From Vicugna vicugna (lineage: Eukaryota), in NCBI GenBank assembly GCA_013265495.1, contig MU058844.1:2769520-2833519 (forward strand): a DNA stretch of 64,000 nucleotides, written 5' to 3'. The notes beneath the pieces were generated by a model, which searched no databases, was not told the origin of the DNA, and saw nothing but the letters and a program-made list of their open reading frames with translations. Positions within the stretch are counted from its first letter, which is position 1; each line of letters opens with the position of its first letter. A program made the translations under genes and the position numbers. Below are positions 38,225 to 52,376 of the stretch, piece by piece.

Positions 38225-40580
38225 TCTTTTAATTATTTTTAGAACTGTTTTATATTGAAAAAAATTTAGCTTAGAGTACAGAATCCTCAAGAATCCCTCC
38301 CACACACATACAGCTTCCTCTATTATTCATATCTTGCATTAGTATAGTATGCGTATTATAATTAATGGACCAATAATTATTAACTAAAGTCCATAGTTGA
38401 TGTTAAGGTTTACACTGTGTTATACAGTCCTATGGATGAAGGAAGAGGGTAAAATGCATAATGTCATGTTTCTGCCATTATAATATCATAGAGAAATAGT
38501 CTACCTGTCCTAAAATTCCCCTGTATTTCACTTCTTCATCTGAGAGGTTCCCAAACCTCGGGCCACCACTTCTCTTTATACTGTCTTTAGATTTTTGTCT
38601 TTTTTCACAATGTCAAATAGTTGGCATCGTGCAATAGTTAGACTTTTCACACTGACTTCTTTCACTTGGAAATACGCATTTAAATTTCCTCCATGTCTTT
38701 TCATTGCTCAGTAGCTCATTTATTTTTACCACTGATTAATATTTCCTTGTAGGCTTGTACCACAGTTTCTTCATCCATTTACCTATGAAATGACATTTTG
38801 GTTGCTTCTAGTTTGGCGTAATTACGAGTAAAACTGCTATAAACATTTGTGTGCAGATTCCTGTATGGACATAAGCTTTCAACTCATTTGGATAAATACC
38901 TAGAAGAACGATGCTGTATCATATGGTAGGATTATGTTTAGCTTTTTAAGAAACTGCCAAACTATCTTCCAAAGTGGCTGGACCGTTTACATTCCCACCG
39001 GCAATGATGAGACCTCCTGTTATTCTGCATCCTTACCAGCATTGACTATTGTTATATTCTAGGTTTTCATCATTCTAATAAATCTAATTGCTGTTTTAAT
39101 TTGCAATTCCCTTATGACATATGATATTGAGCATCTTTTTATATACCTAGTTGCTATCTGTATATCTTCTTCGATGAAATGTCTCCTCATATCTTTTCCC
39201 CATTCTTAAGTTGTATTGTTTGTGTTGTTATTGTTGAGTTTTAAGAGTTCTTTGCTTATTTTAGAAGCAAATTCTTTATCAGATATTTTCTCCCAGTCAG
39301 TTGTTTGTATTTAAATTTTCTAAATGATGTCTTTTATAGAGCAGAAGTTTTTAATTTCAGTGAAGTCTAGTATCTTCTTTCCCCCCTCAGGGATTATGCT
39401 TATGGTGTTGTATGTAAAAACTCAAGTTTACTTAGATTTTCTCCTACTGTGTTCTAGAAGTTTTATAGTTTGTGTTTTTCATTTAGGTCTCTGATTCACT
39501 TTGATTTAATTTTTGTGGAAGATGTAAAGTCTCTGTCTAGATTCTTGTGTGGATTTGTGTGTAGTATCCATTTGTTTCAATGCCATTTGTTGAAAAGATT
39601 ATCTTTTCTTCATTTAATTGCTTTGTTCCTTTGTCAAAAATCAGTTGACTATATTTGTGTGGGTCTATTTCTGTTCTCTCCTTTCTTTTCTGTTGATCTA
39701 TTTGTTCATTCCTTCTCTGTTGCCATGCTGTCTTGATTACTGTAGCTTTACAGCAAGTCTGTAAATTAAGTGATATCATTCCTCCAATTTTGTGTTTCTT
39801 TAGTATTGCATTGGCTATCCTGAGTCTCTTATCTTTTCAAATAAATTTTATGATCATTCTGTTGATATACTCAAAATAACATGCTGGCATTTGACTGGAA
39901 TTGCTTTGAACCTGTAGATCAAATTGAGAGCAGACATCTTAATAATATTGAATCCTCTTATTCGTGAACATGGAATATCTCTTCATTTATTTTGATCTTT
40001 GACTTCTTTCATCAGTTTTATAGTTTTCCTCATATATAGATCCTATACAATTTTTATTAGATTTATGTCTAAATATTTCATTTTTAATGCTAATATGAAT
40101 GGTGCTGTGTTTTAAATTTCAGATTCTAATTTTCTGTTGCTGGTATATAAGAAAGCAATTGACTTTTATGTATTAACCTTGAATGCACAAATCTGCTGTA
40201 ATAGCTTATTAGTTCCAGGGTTTTTTTTTTTTTTTTTTTTNNNNNNNNNNNNNNNNNNNNNNNNNNNNNNNNNNNNNNNNNNNNNNNNNNNNNNNNNNNN
40301 NNNNNNNNNNNNNNNNNNNNNNNNNNNNNNNNNNNNNNNNNNNNNNNNNNNNNNNNNNNCCTGGGTTTTTTTTTTTTTTGTCAACTCTAAGACTTATGCA
40401 TATTTAATTATGTCATCATCAAACAAATAATAGTTTTATTTCAGCCTTCCCAATCTGTATACCTTTTATTTCTTTTTCTTGTGTTATTGCATTCTAGTAC
40501 AGCGCTGAAAAGAAGTGGTGAGACAGAACAAGCTTGTCTTATTCCTGGTTTTAAAGGGAAAGCAACTTTCATCACAGAAG
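38225..40580 (-). mobile_element. L1MC-like element (3' UTR plus ORF2 3' part), degenerate
   Basis: Antisense L1 motifs 'aaactgctataaacatttgtgtgcag', 'aactgccaaactatcttccaaagtggctg', 'tgtcttgattactgtagcttta'. Flanked by a near-duplicate GAA(G/A)TCAGAATATAAT at 38201-38216 and 40581-40596. Confidence 0.88.
40241..40360. other. Assembly gap (120 N)
   Basis: Run of N between two poly-T tracts. Confidence 1.
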
Positions 40581-41902
40581 GAAATCAGAATATAATTTTT
40601 AAAGGCAATAAACAGACTGCTAAGTATGTTATTTTAAAACATAGAGTTAAATATCAGATAAAACAGATAAAAATAAAGATTTTGCCTCTGCAGTGTGGAA
40701 TGTTGAGGAAAAGGAGAAGTGATAAAAGAGGCCTGCTGTTTATCACTAAATCTTTTCGTACTATTTGACTTGCAAAAAGCATATGTTACTATGAATATTT
40801 TAATAATTGTCTTCAAAATTATATCATAAGTAATTTTGATGAGGCTAATTTTGAGACTAATTGGGGGCAACTTATGTCAATCAGTTAACACAGTTTCTGG
40901 CACATATAAGGAAACCATTGAATGTTATTCACATGATTGAAAAGAAAAAAGATGATGATGATTTTAGTAGCAATCATATTAGTATTACCTTCATAGAGAA
41001 CACCATCTAGGTAGAATAAAATTCATAAATGAAGTTGAGATACATGGGTGGATTTTAAAGGACTGTTGGTAGGTGGTTGCTGGTTGTTTAATAAATCCAT
41101 ATAGACAAACTTACACAAAAATCATTCAACTTGATCGATAGCTTCTCCTTACTAGAGTAGGTGGGCATTAGCTTCTGATAGGCAGAGGAGGAGAAAGAAA
41201 ATGGATTCGGCTTTTTTTGTTGTTTTTGTTTGTTTTTCCCCTCTGTTCACTGGCCCAGGAAAGAGAAATGCAGAGAATCTGTGAAAAATGTCTGAATTCT
41301 TTTGTCAGTCATTCTGGACACATCTTTTTAGTTCTTTTTAGGAAATATTTGATTAGATATTGGTTCTACAGTGCTAAAAATTGAATTGATGTCCTCCTTT
41401 TTTCTTTGCATTTCTCTCATTGAATCTTGAATCAACATAAAGTCAGTGCATTAAAAATGTAAAATCAATATAACTTACCACACACCTATCTCTCATCTGA
41501 AAACTACATCCTTCCAAATAAAGACTTTTCTTCTAACAAAATGTGATACGCATTTTAGACTCTATGTATCAATCATAAAACACATCCTTTTTGCTCACTT
41601 TAGTGATAAGAATTGAATTTGAGGACTTTTGCTTTAAAAAGTAAGGCAGACTAGATACTAAAAGACTATTCTTCTATTAGACAACCAGGTCCTTGATAAA
41701 ATAAAACTTCCATGCACTTTGAGGTATACAGTAAATAAAAGAAAATTTCTAAGCACCTCTCAAGTTCTCCATCTTAAACACTACCAGCCCCCTTACCCCT
41801 TTGAGAGAAAAAAGAAATGACAACTGAAACAAGGGCAGGAGGCAGTGAAAAGTAAGGCAGCAAAAGAAGGGCTTTCTCTGAAGGAAAATGGTACTACCAG
41901 TC

Positions 41903-42568
41903 TGTGTTTCTTTTTTATGTTGCATTACACATTACCACAAAGTTAGAGACTTAAAGCAAAATACATTTACTATCTCACAGTTTCTGTGGATCAGGAGTCT
42001 TAGTTTAGCTGAGTCCTCTGCAAGGCTGCAATCAAGCTATAAACAAGGTCCCAGTTCTCATCTGGAAACTTACTAAAGAAAGTTTGTTTCCAAATTCACT
42101 AATGTTGTTGGAAGAATTCATTTTTCTGCAGTTTTAAAACTCATAGCTGCTGCTTTCTTCAAAGTCAGCAAGGAGGGCAAGATTTTATAAAAGTCAGCAA
42201 GGAGGGCAAGATTTTAGAGCCAGTCAGCTAAGATGATGGATTCTTATATAATGTAACATAATGATGGGAATGGCATCCAGTCACCTTTGCCATATTCTAT
42301 TGGTTGGAAGCAAGTTACTTACTGGTCCTATCCATACTCAAGGAGTAGGGAGGGTAGCTCAGTGGTAGAGAGCATGCTTAGCATGCACGAAATCCGGGTT
42401 CAATCCCTGGTACCTCCTCTAAAAATAAATAAATAAATATAATTACCTCCCCCCAAAACAAAACAAACAAAAAGTAAGAAGCAACATACTCAAGGAGAGG
42501 GCATTATACAGGGGCATGTGTACCAGGAGGTGGAAATCATAGTGGCCATCATAAAGTCTGTCCACCAT
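41903..42568 (-). mobile_element. MLT1 solo LTR, interrupted by a SINE
   Basis: 'cattaccacaaagttagagacttaaagcaa...tttactatctcacagtttctgtggatcaggagtc...cacctttgccatattctattggtt...aaagtctgtccaccata'. Confidence 0.8.
42346..42484 (+). mobile_element. tRNA-derived SINE (camelid Vic-1 type) with 13-bp TSD
   Basis: GGGAGGGTAGCTCAGTGGTAGAGAGCATGCTTAGCATGCACG...GGGTTCAATCCCTGGTACC followed by an A-rich tail. TSD CATACTCAAGGAG at 42333-42345 and 42485-42497. Confidence 0.92.
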
Positions 42569-43514
42569 AAGGCTGATATTGATCAGGATTCTAGGGACAA
42601 TGGAATGGACAAGAGTGGAACTTGAGGTTTCTCCATTTAGTCAACAACTCAAAAAGGCATAAATGGATCACCAGCTGTCTATAACATTATATGACTTCTT
42701 GTAAGGAAACAAGAAAGGAGGTAAGCAAGTCTTTCAGATGTTTAACTACATAAGAAGCACTATATTGTTTCCAAAGAGCTTATACCAACTTGCATTTTGA
42801 AATCATCTTTGGATGATAATATCCTCAATTTAGGCTTCCAGAATGCCTAATAATGAGATTTGTGAAATTTGGGTTTATTATAACAAATGCAAACACATAA
42901 GGAAATAAAATAAATGAGAGTCTGCAAAAAGTAATAAAGAACAGAGTTATGCCCCTGCAGCGTTTAGATATTGAAATTATCAAAAGTGGTTTATAAATTA
43001 TGAATTAAATATTACAAAAATAAAAATGAGATTTCATTTTTAAAATAACATACTAAAAATAAAAAACCATATTTTAAAAAATAAATAAATATTTCAAAAT
43101 GGAGAATTGTTGAAATAAGAAAATCAGTAAATGTTAAAAAGTAGATCAGGTACTGCCAAAGAAAGAATTATAACATTGGAAGATGAATAAAAAGGAGACA
43201 CACAGACTTCTGCATAAAGAGAAAAGAAGATAAAAAATAATTTTTAAATGTCATGAACAATGGGGAAAGCAGAATGAAATAGTTTAATGTGTACTTTTTC
43301 AGAGTCTTAGGAAGAAAGGATAGACACTATGAAGGATAAGTTATATTTGAAGACATAATAGCTATAGATGACACTTAGAAAGTATAATGTAAAATTAAAA
43401 AGTCAGCCACAAGGACATAGACATAATTATTCCATTTTTGTAAAACTCAAAACCAAGCAAAGCCAAAAAGAATATTATCCAGTGATAGGTGTTACTAATC
43501 TCAGTGATACTGAT

Positions 43515-43730
43515 AATGATTAACAGTTAAGATAAACACAGGGCTTACCATATGCAAAGCCTCTTTCTGCATGCCACAAATATATTAACCCATACAATTC
43601 TTAGATGAGATAGATATTATAATTACCCCCAAAATAGTAGTTTGGAAACTGAGGCAAAAGAGGGTTAAATAACTCATCCAATGCAGCTGGTCTGACTCAG
43701 AGTCTGCCTTCTTAACCCTTATGCTATACT
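43515..43730 (-). mobile_element. MIR SINE inside old L1M fragments (~42850-43940)
   Basis: 'ggaaactgaggcaaaagagggttaaataactcatcc...tctgactcagagtctgccttcttaacc'. Confidence 0.7.
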
Positions 43731-44049
43731 ACAGAGAAATGATATTTGGGAGGTATATTTAAAGCAGGGAGATAGGATGACGAGGAGCACACAGGTTGAT
43801 GCAAAGATATTGGTAACATTGAAGTTTTTAGGTCCAATGCTGAGTGATTAGGTATCCATTTTAATATTTTCTACCTTAACTTTTATATGTATCATACATA
43901 CTAGTTTGTGCTTTCAAAATATATGTAAATATTTTTTAAAGAATATAATTTGATGATAATTAGTCTGTCACCTGAATATCTGCTTCCAGTGTCTTGCTAG
44001 ATCAGATCTGCTTTGACCTACCATTCTGCTTAATGATAAGTCTCTGATA

Positions 44050-44265
44050 AGCATCACTAATTAGGTATTTCTGATAACCAGGCCTTGTCCTAATCATTTT
44101 ACATGTCTTCATTCTCTTAGAGTTCACAATAATCCTGTGACTTCAATATTTTTATTGTCCCAATTTTACTGTTAAAAAAAAGTATAGAAAGAAGTTAAGT
44201 AACTTGCTCAAAATCACACAGCTAGATAGTGCCAAAACCAGAGTTTTCACCATTCTGCCATATCA
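44050..44265 (-). mobile_element. MIR SINE
   Basis: 'tcacaataatcctgtga...gtcccaattttac...agttaagtaacttgctcaaaatcacacagctag'. Confidence 0.7.
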
Positions 44266-44582
44266 TCTCTTTTTATGAGCACAGTTTAATCTTATCCACC
44301 TAAAACAGAAGAAAATGGTAATCTAACTATAAAATAGACCCTCCCAAAGTTACATACATGATTTTTTTGTTAGCTATAATCACCTAAGCTAGTGATTTCT
44401 AAGTATTATTTTATTTACCCTGTTTTAAAGTAAATTTATATAAATTTAAAGAAGCCCAGTATACAAAAGTGATAAAAACAGAACTCTGATTAGAGTAGAC
44501 GAAAGTCTACCTACATTGATTTCCCAGAGGTTCTGCTGAACATATTTGGAAAACCTATAACATCCTATGGATAATTGAGGGA

Positions 44583-45065
44583 TGTTGGTGATAGACTGGA
44601 ATATTGTGTCCATTCTTCTCCCCATTTCTATTATAGAAATATATATCCATGCCCTTTGCCAAAATACTTAGGCATACCTCTCCTTAATGTAGACAGAATG
44701 TTTCCCCCCTTGCCTGTTGTTGTTGAACTTGGCCATGTGATTTGCATTGGTCAGTTGAATAGTAGCAAATGTGACATGAGCAAAAACTTTAAATACAGTT
44801 GTATAATTTGTCTTGGATTTTTGTGTTCCTGCCATTGCCATGAGAAGAGCATGCTCTGAGTTACTACTTTTCTCCAATGGGATATGTGGAATAAACCCAA
44901 CCTGACCTCCAGATGAACTCACTGAACCCAGTTAAACTCAACAAAGATCAACCAAACTTCAACTGACCCACAGACATAGGAGCAAAAAGAAAAAAAAAAT
45001 TGTTATGGTAAGCCACTGAGATTTAGGGACTGTTTAGTATTATTGTAGTAAAAGCTGTCTAAAGC
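44583..45065 (+). mobile_element. MLT1 (H-like) solo LTR
   Basis: 'gaacttggccatgtgatttgcattggtc...cctgccattgccatgagaagagcatgc...ctgacccacagac...taagccactgagatttaggg'. Confidence 0.75.
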
Positions 45066-45159
45066 AATAACTGTATTATAATTTGAAAACAGTGTTAACA
45101 AAAGCATAGAAGACTAAAACATAGCCAGTTCCTCACAGTTTAAAACACTTCCATGAGAG

Positions 45160-45366
45160 GGAGTACCATGTAGTGAAAAAAGCATGGCCTCCAATGTCTG
45201 GCAGACTTGGTTGTGGACTGAAATCACTAAGTCTCTTGCCCTCAGTTTTTGCATCTAAGAAATGGACAAATGGTTTGGGGAGATTACAAAATTAGATATG
45301 TAAAAAGGTTAGAGAACATGGACATTTAACAGATGGTGGTTTATTATTATTATTATTATTATTATT
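45160..45366 (+). mobile_element. MIR SINE ending in (TTA)n
   Basis: 'tagtgaaaaaagcatgg...gcctcagtttttgcatctaagaaatgga...' followed by TTA repeats at ~45341-45367. Confidence 0.65.
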
Positions 45367-46846
45367 ACATAATCATTATATAATATATTAAGGAAATTAA
45401 TGGAAACACAAAAACTTCTTTTCAAAAAAGCACCTTGAAAACAGAGATACCTTGTATTTAGCTCTATTTTATTCTTGTTCTATGCAAAAGAGAGTGACAG
45501 ACTCACTATGTCTATGGCACATTCTCAAAATTAGGTGTTAGGAAAAACCCAGAATATGCCCCAGTAACTTGAGAGCCTTGTCCTGTTTCTTATTTTTCTG
45601 AGAGCACTACTAGCAGAGGAAAGGGCCTTGCTTATTAAACTGTGATCCTACAGTGCCTATTTGGCAACAAACATTTAATTTTCCATTTCCTTATTGTTAA
45701 AGATTCTGAAGATTCCTGACATTTCTTGTCAAAAATTTACTCATCTATTGTGCACCACTTAATTTGTGTGGTGTCCTACATTTGAACTTATCTACAACAC
45801 ACAGAATCTGTTGACAAATGTCTCTTTTTTTTCCACGGCCTTCATAATACAATGACTCATTCCCTCCTGGGTGGTAGGTAACTGCCCTTGGTCACTAAGT
45901 GAATGATTTGGAAAGTCCCTGTGGCCGAACATATTTGAGTTAAATGATGTTGTGGGAAAGATGGGGGGTCATGGAAAGAGCATAGCGCTGCAGATTGTCA
46001 AATGATACATGGAAGGCGTCAGGAGTGTGGTGCAGATGGAGAGGCTGTGAATATGTTTCAGGTACTGAAGAAATTAGAACAAGCAGAAATTTACACGAGT
46101 TCCCCTTGGGTATTGGAATCTGGTGTCAGTGTTCTCAGAAATACAGATGGTGTTACAGTACACATAATAGCCTTAACTCTCACCATCTGGACCCAAAAGA
46201 GACTGCTTGCTTGGATTCCCTAATCAGTGACCATGTTTTACTGCATGGGTTGCAATTAGAAGTGACATTTCTGTACTTCTTTTTGTTTTTCAGCTGATAA
46301 CCTTAGCTTTCCTATTTTCTTTCTCTGAAATGATCCTCTAACCCTGTCACTTCTAACCCTCTCTACTCTGAGCTGATTAGGACATCTGATTCCAAGCAGT
46401 TCTACTTTGTCCCTCATTCATCATATGGGAGCAAATTTGTAGATGGGGTGTTTAAGCAGCACCCATTCTCCAAGGAAAGGTGATATGCTCATAAATAATT
46501 TGGTTCTGTCAACAAACAGCAGAAGAAATATCTGACGTGAGGTTTTATGTTGTCTGTGCTGTATGACTTAAGAGGGAGGCACCATCTCTCTGAGCTGCAG
46601 TGAACGTAGTACAAAGCAATCACTCAAGATATGATCCCATTGGAGTGGCAGGATAATTGTCAGAGGTATTGATTTGTGTTTTGCTCTCCTGTCCATTTTT
46701 GCTCTCCAGGCCCCATGCACATCCTTGCTTTAAGGGAGCTTCATGTTTTCTATCTAATAGCAGAGGTTGCCTAGACTTTATTCCTACAGCTGAGTTTCTG
46801 GAAAAATTACTAGTGAACCATTTAAAGAGCAACAGGGAATAAAAGC

Positions 46847-47285
46847 ATTGGTTGGATTGTGTTCCCCTGAAAGATATGTTGAAGTTCTAACCACCAATAC
46901 CTGTAAATGTGACCTAATTTGGAAATAGGATCTTTGCAGTAATTTGAGTTAAGATTAGGTCATACTGGATTAGGATGGCATTAAATTCAGTGACTAATGT
47001 CCTTCGGAAAAGGCCATGTAAACACAAAGACACAGGGAAAACATCATATGAAAAAAGATACTCAAATTGTAGTGATACAGCTGCAAGTCAGGGGACACTA
47101 AGAACTGCTAGCAACAACCCGGAGAAGGGAGGAGGGAGCCGTGGAACAAATTCTCCCTTCAAGTCTCTAGAAGAAACCAATCTTGCTGACACCTTGATAA
47201 GATACTACTAGCCTGTTAATTTGGGGAGAAAAAAAATTTGTTGTTTCAAGCCATCCGGTTTGTGGCATTCCTAGGAAACGAACTC
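46847..47285 (+). mobile_element. MLT1B/C-like solo LTR
   Basis: 'aaagatatgttgaagttctaacc...tgtgacctaatttggaaataggatctttgcag...aggtcatactggattagg...gctgacaccttgat...tttcaagccatcc'. Confidence 0.82.
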
Positions 47286-50200
47286 AAAAATAAAGTCCCT
47301 GTGAGGCATGAAGGGAGACTTCTGGGGCTGAAATGAGGTCATGATTGAACTAGGAGAGAAAATCAACAGCAGAAACTCTGTATAGCTCTCCCATTTATTT
47401 AATCTCTGATAATGAGCAATTTATATAATGTCTCTAAGGTTCATCTTCCTCCTTTACAAAACAGAGAAGGTAACTTATGTGAGCTAGAATAGTACTCAGT
47501 ATACAATAGCTCTTGTTTTTACAATCAGTGTCATCATTGTGATGATGATCACGATCATCTGCAATACTGCCTGAAGTCATGGGGAGGGGGTGCTGCATCA
47601 GGACTAGGGTCTCAGCTGACCATGGTACTTACTGAGCTGTGGTGTGCCAGAAAGAGTGGATACAGTCTTAACCCAGCTAAGCCATAGAGCCTTCGTAGGA
47701 AAACACAATGGTTCCAACCCAACTGAAATGTGCTTCTCTATTAGGGAAAATATTCCTCAGCCAAGGTGGCTGCCTCCCATATAATCCTGTTGAGGTAAAA
47801 AGTCAAAGTGGCTTTGTGAGTGGAGACTGGAAAGACTTCTTAAAGCATATTCTCATGACTGACTTCATTTTGGTCTATCTAGAGTGGCTAAGGTGCACAA
47901 AGGCAAGAAGGAGAAATGAAGAGGATACCTTATATTTTCAACTCTCTGCATTTTTCCAGCACTTTTGTTGCATCCTCAATTCATAAAATTGTCCTGTTGT
48001 GAGTTTCTAAGGGATCTCAACTGACTAGGGCATGATTTTGAATTTGATTTTCTGACTGGGCTCCTTATCTCAGCAGAGAAGAAGCGGATCACAGTTTATG
48101 TCTGGGCCATACCCCTCTGCAGTCAGCTATCTCATAGATATGAGCTGCAGGGGGTCCAAGGTCCAAAACACCATCTTTGTAAAACTGTTCTGTAAATCAA
48201 CACGTATTTTACTGCCTTTGTAATGATTAAAGATCGTTCAATACTATAACAGAAGGTAAAGGAATGATTGTGTGATTTCCTCTAGAGGCAATAATGGCTC
48301 CTTTCAAGAACTTAGTGAAGTTACACTTTTGTGATGCTATGGTGTCTTGACCCTTTTCTGTGACATCTGATTTCTTTTTCATATGATGACACATTAAAAG
48401 GATATAAGCCAGGGTAGACATTCTCAACTTTTTATATAATCTATTAAACTTTTTATTTTTAATAGCTAATGGCCAAAGGAATTTAGTGTATGCCAGGGGT
48501 ATCCTAAACCATCTGCAATTTTTAAAACTTATTTTTATCATTTCTTTGTGCCTAGTTTCCAAAACCTAGCTAAGTCTAAGTAGAAATATAGTAGAAATAT
48601 TTAAAATATCTTCCTAACATATTATGGTACATTCCAATATGGAGATTTCCATCAGGTCTTTTACTGTGGGAAACAATGGCCAATGTATTGTGGAATTGTT
48701 GTACTTGAAACAAAAGTTAATCACTGATTGTCCCTATCTCCATTGTTTTTTTTTTTTAACCAGTATATTTAATGGGATGGAAAGGATTTGGTTCCTTGGC
48801 CCTGGCTCTTAGAGCTGGAGACACGACCCTCCTAAGCATCATCTTGCAAGTTCACTTTCTTCTTGGCCTACCTGTACTCCCAGAATGACTTGCAGTTAGA
48901 TTTTCTAGGATAATCTGCATTCGGTTTTCTCATTGAATTCCATGGCCAAGACCAAAATGCAGTCATTTCATTGAGGAGAAATGGGAATCTAACAAGACTG
49001 GGAGAACCATGGTAAATCTAATCCTTTGCTAGTAAGGTTGGTACAAAGTGACACAGAAAGGTCATTTGCACGTGGTAAAGAATCATGGGGATTAGAAAAG
49101 ACATTGAGTTCCAAAGTTACTATACAAATGCCAACATGTTACAGGTAGATAACCCATGGTTGGGAGGAGTCCTATAAAGAACATGTAGATTGAGATATAA
49201 TTATTATTAAGTCCAAGTATTCTATCTAGTCTCACTTCTGCATCCTGTCATTGCACCTATTATGTGAAGAATCTATGAGTTGGATGGCAGCAACTCATTA
49301 AGTAGAACCAAGCTAGCCTAATAAATAGGATTTTGGAAGATTTGTCATTCAATTACATAAAAGAGTTTTTCACTTCACCTAAAGTTACCTTCTTGAACTT
49401 TGCAGGTGCAAATGATACTAGATTGTACATTGAGCGCTCATTATTGACACAGATGGCTTATTTTTAGCAAAGCAGCTCCCAGAATACTTCATAGCACCTA
49501 CACACAGAAAGAAATCTACATATTAAAAAATACAGCGAGGCTGTCAATTTGAACATGCAATTGCATAATGAGCTTTATCAGGTACTTATTTTAGGAAGCA
49601 AGGCTGTGTACTAAAAACTTTTTCTTGATGCATTTATATAGACCATTTTAACATGTCAATTTCCCCTAAAGATGTCTATATTAGTATTTAAAACATAAAA
49701 TATTTCTAAGCATTTACTTAATATATTTGTTCAGTAGTTTATGAGGAACTTGACCATTAGGACATTTTTTTTTTTCATGGGAGGAGGAGAGTGCAACTCT
49801 TAGAAATATTTAGTATGTGATACTTTATATCCTGACCTCAAGAAATATATAATCTAATCAGGAAAAATTAAACACAAATGACAAATAACACCACAAAGCA
49901 AAATCAACTGAGTTTGTTTAAAGTCATATTAGTTTTTTTTCTCTTTTTTAGATCTGTTTGAACTCTTTCAAACTGTGTGCAAATAAATGGGAAATGAAAC
50001 CCCAAGAAACAATGACTTTATGCATTTCTTAGCATTCTTTTCAGTAATCCACACTCTGCACCAATCTCATTTTCATAAACAATGATGCCTAGCAAATATC
50101 AGGTCCTCTAGACTGCAGTTGTACAATTTATGCAATAGCATATCTCAAAAATATATATGGAATTGGTCTATTCCCTTTATATCTTCCTTGGAACATTCCA

Positions 50201-50532
50201 CAAAGACCAAATTCTAAAGATGTCCTTCTCATCTTTCTTTGAAACGAAAATCCATCTCATAAAAGAGAACCCAACTTAATTCGTCATTCTTCCATTTTCA
50301 CAGAACACATTGAGTTTTATTATAGATGCTTCTTAGAGCTCCTCTTGACATTTCTAGAAACACTGGTCTTTACACATACAGAAGCAGGTCAGATTCTCCT
50401 AGTCCTAATCCTCAATGTCTGACATCTTAAGACTTCAATTCATTTCCATCTTCAATTCCTCAAGATTTCTATTTGAAGTGAAGTGAAAATCTTCAGTTAG
50501 GAAGGATGGTTCCCGCTTAATCTTCACTCAGT

Positions 50533-50990
50533 GTGTTATTAGAATAAAAGCTAAACCGTTGTAACAAAAACTCCTCAAAATACAATAGTTCAACTATGTA
50601 GCTATGTATTTATCTACGTTGTAACAGTTCAAGAGGGTAGGCAGACTCTGTTCAATAAGATTATTTGGAGACCCAGGCTGGTGCAGGAGTCCTGCTATCT
50701 CCAGCAAGTGGTCTCCAAGCTTGCCCTCTTCATGATCTTTTCTACCATGAAGATCAATGTGAATCCAGTTCTGTTTGTCCAGTGCAAAGAGGGAAAGAGA
50801 GTGTCCAAGATTATCGATATTTTTTAAATGAGGTGGAATTTGTAAGCATCACTTACATTCACTTTTCACCGAGGAGAATTCATTTATGCACCTACTCAAT
50901 TGCTTAGGAGGCTGTTGAACAGTCTTACAGGACAGCCATGTGCCAAAAGACAGAGAAAGAGATTATTAGGAAACAACTAAGAGTTTGTAC
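50533..50990 (-). mobile_element. Old MLT1 (K/L-like) LTR
   Basis: 'gtaacaaaaactcctcaaaatacaatag...atttggagacccaggctg...catcacttacattcactttt...cagccatgtgcc'. Confidence 0.6.
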
Positions 50991-52376
50991 ACTCAGAGGT
51001 TATGATTCATATGGTTCATTTTCAACTTTTTTTTTTTTACAAAATTGCCAAATGCAGAGGCAGTTCTTGGTTTTTCTCGTTAGTTTTTCTTGTTGAGGGA
51101 GAGGGCTAGACAGTACTTTCCATCACATCCTGACAATATAAAAAGAAACCACAGCTCATAGGAAAGTAAACCATAAATCTTGATACTGTTTTTATTCCCT
51201 CCTCATTCTGCATATCCTAAGCCAAACAGAAATATTTCTAGTAGAAGACAATGTATCAAGTGCTATAAAATTATTTGGCTGGAGAAAGTGACAGAAATTT
51301 CTTGTTTGAAGGCCATATTTTTATCCTGTAGCGCTCAGCGGACTTGCTCTTATTACCTGCTGAACACTGAGAGTTCCCCTAGCCCAATTTGAAGAATTAA
51401 AGAAACTTCAATGGCTGTCTGGCAATACAAGTTAGACATAGGTGGAAATTTTCAGACACATCAGAGTTCAAAATATGTGACACAAACTATTGTACTCAAG
51501 TTAATAGGAGATAAATTTTTTTAATATTTCACAGGAATAAGAGATGCTGTCCTGGAGAGAAGGGAGAAAGTAATTTGGCTAGATGGATAAATATTTTTGG
51601 AGGGAGAGAATGAATATCAGTATGAATTCAGTACTGACTGCCCTGGCTAGTTCTTAGTAGAATGGTGCAAAAACTTGCCAAGAATATTCTCAGGCTAGCC
51701 AGCCAGGGAGTCTTATCTACTCAACCCTCTAGTTTTAATTTCTAAACATTTTCTAACCATAGCCATTATCTCATAGTTTCCTCCTATCAGCTATGGCTCT
51801 CAACCTTTAAATATAGCCAGCATTTCCATGCACAATGCTAGTAAGCACCCAAAATCCAACAGTTGTATACCTAGCATGTATTCAGTGACAACCAACCTTA
51901 ACTTTAATTTCTGGATCCACTACTTCGTGCTGGAATCTCTATTCCTAGGAGATGCTCTCCAGTGTTTATTTTCTGTCCCTTCTCAGTTTGGCCATTGTAG
52001 ACTTTTGTTTGTATCATACTGTACCATGTCTACATAAGACCCAGGTCAGAAGACATCTCACTTGCTAGACTAACCATCTTTCTTCTATCCTTCCCTTCAA
52101 GAAAATTGGATCCTAGTGTTTTAGGTTCTACAACAGCGGAATTGGGGAACATAGATTCAAGGGAGGTCTGGAGATCTGATAGCAATTAATATTCAGTAAA
52201 CCAATATAGTGCATTTTCTGTGAGTACAGTTCTCTGTTGAAAATAAGAAGTGCCATTCTGAGATGCTTAAGGAGAATATAGTCTAATTGGAGAGACAACA
52301 GAACTATGTAAAACTTACAAATCAAAATATATGTTCAGCTAATATTCACAAAAACAATGGAAATAAATTATCTGTA

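Noticed and set aside
42161..42216. 27-bp exact duplication in MLT1 (similar small ones at 23684-23705 and ~55068-55107)
   Set aside because: Ordinary local slippage duplications with no sign of function.
42348..42418. tRNA gene (also 21790-21862, minus strand)
   Set aside because: A and B boxes are present, but each is followed by an A-rich tail and flanked by a TSD, so these are SINEs and not tRNA genes.
45995..46297. Overlapping 100-aa and 73-aa ORFs in unique sequence
   Set aside because: No recognisable domain or convincing splice sites. Lengths are within chance expectation.
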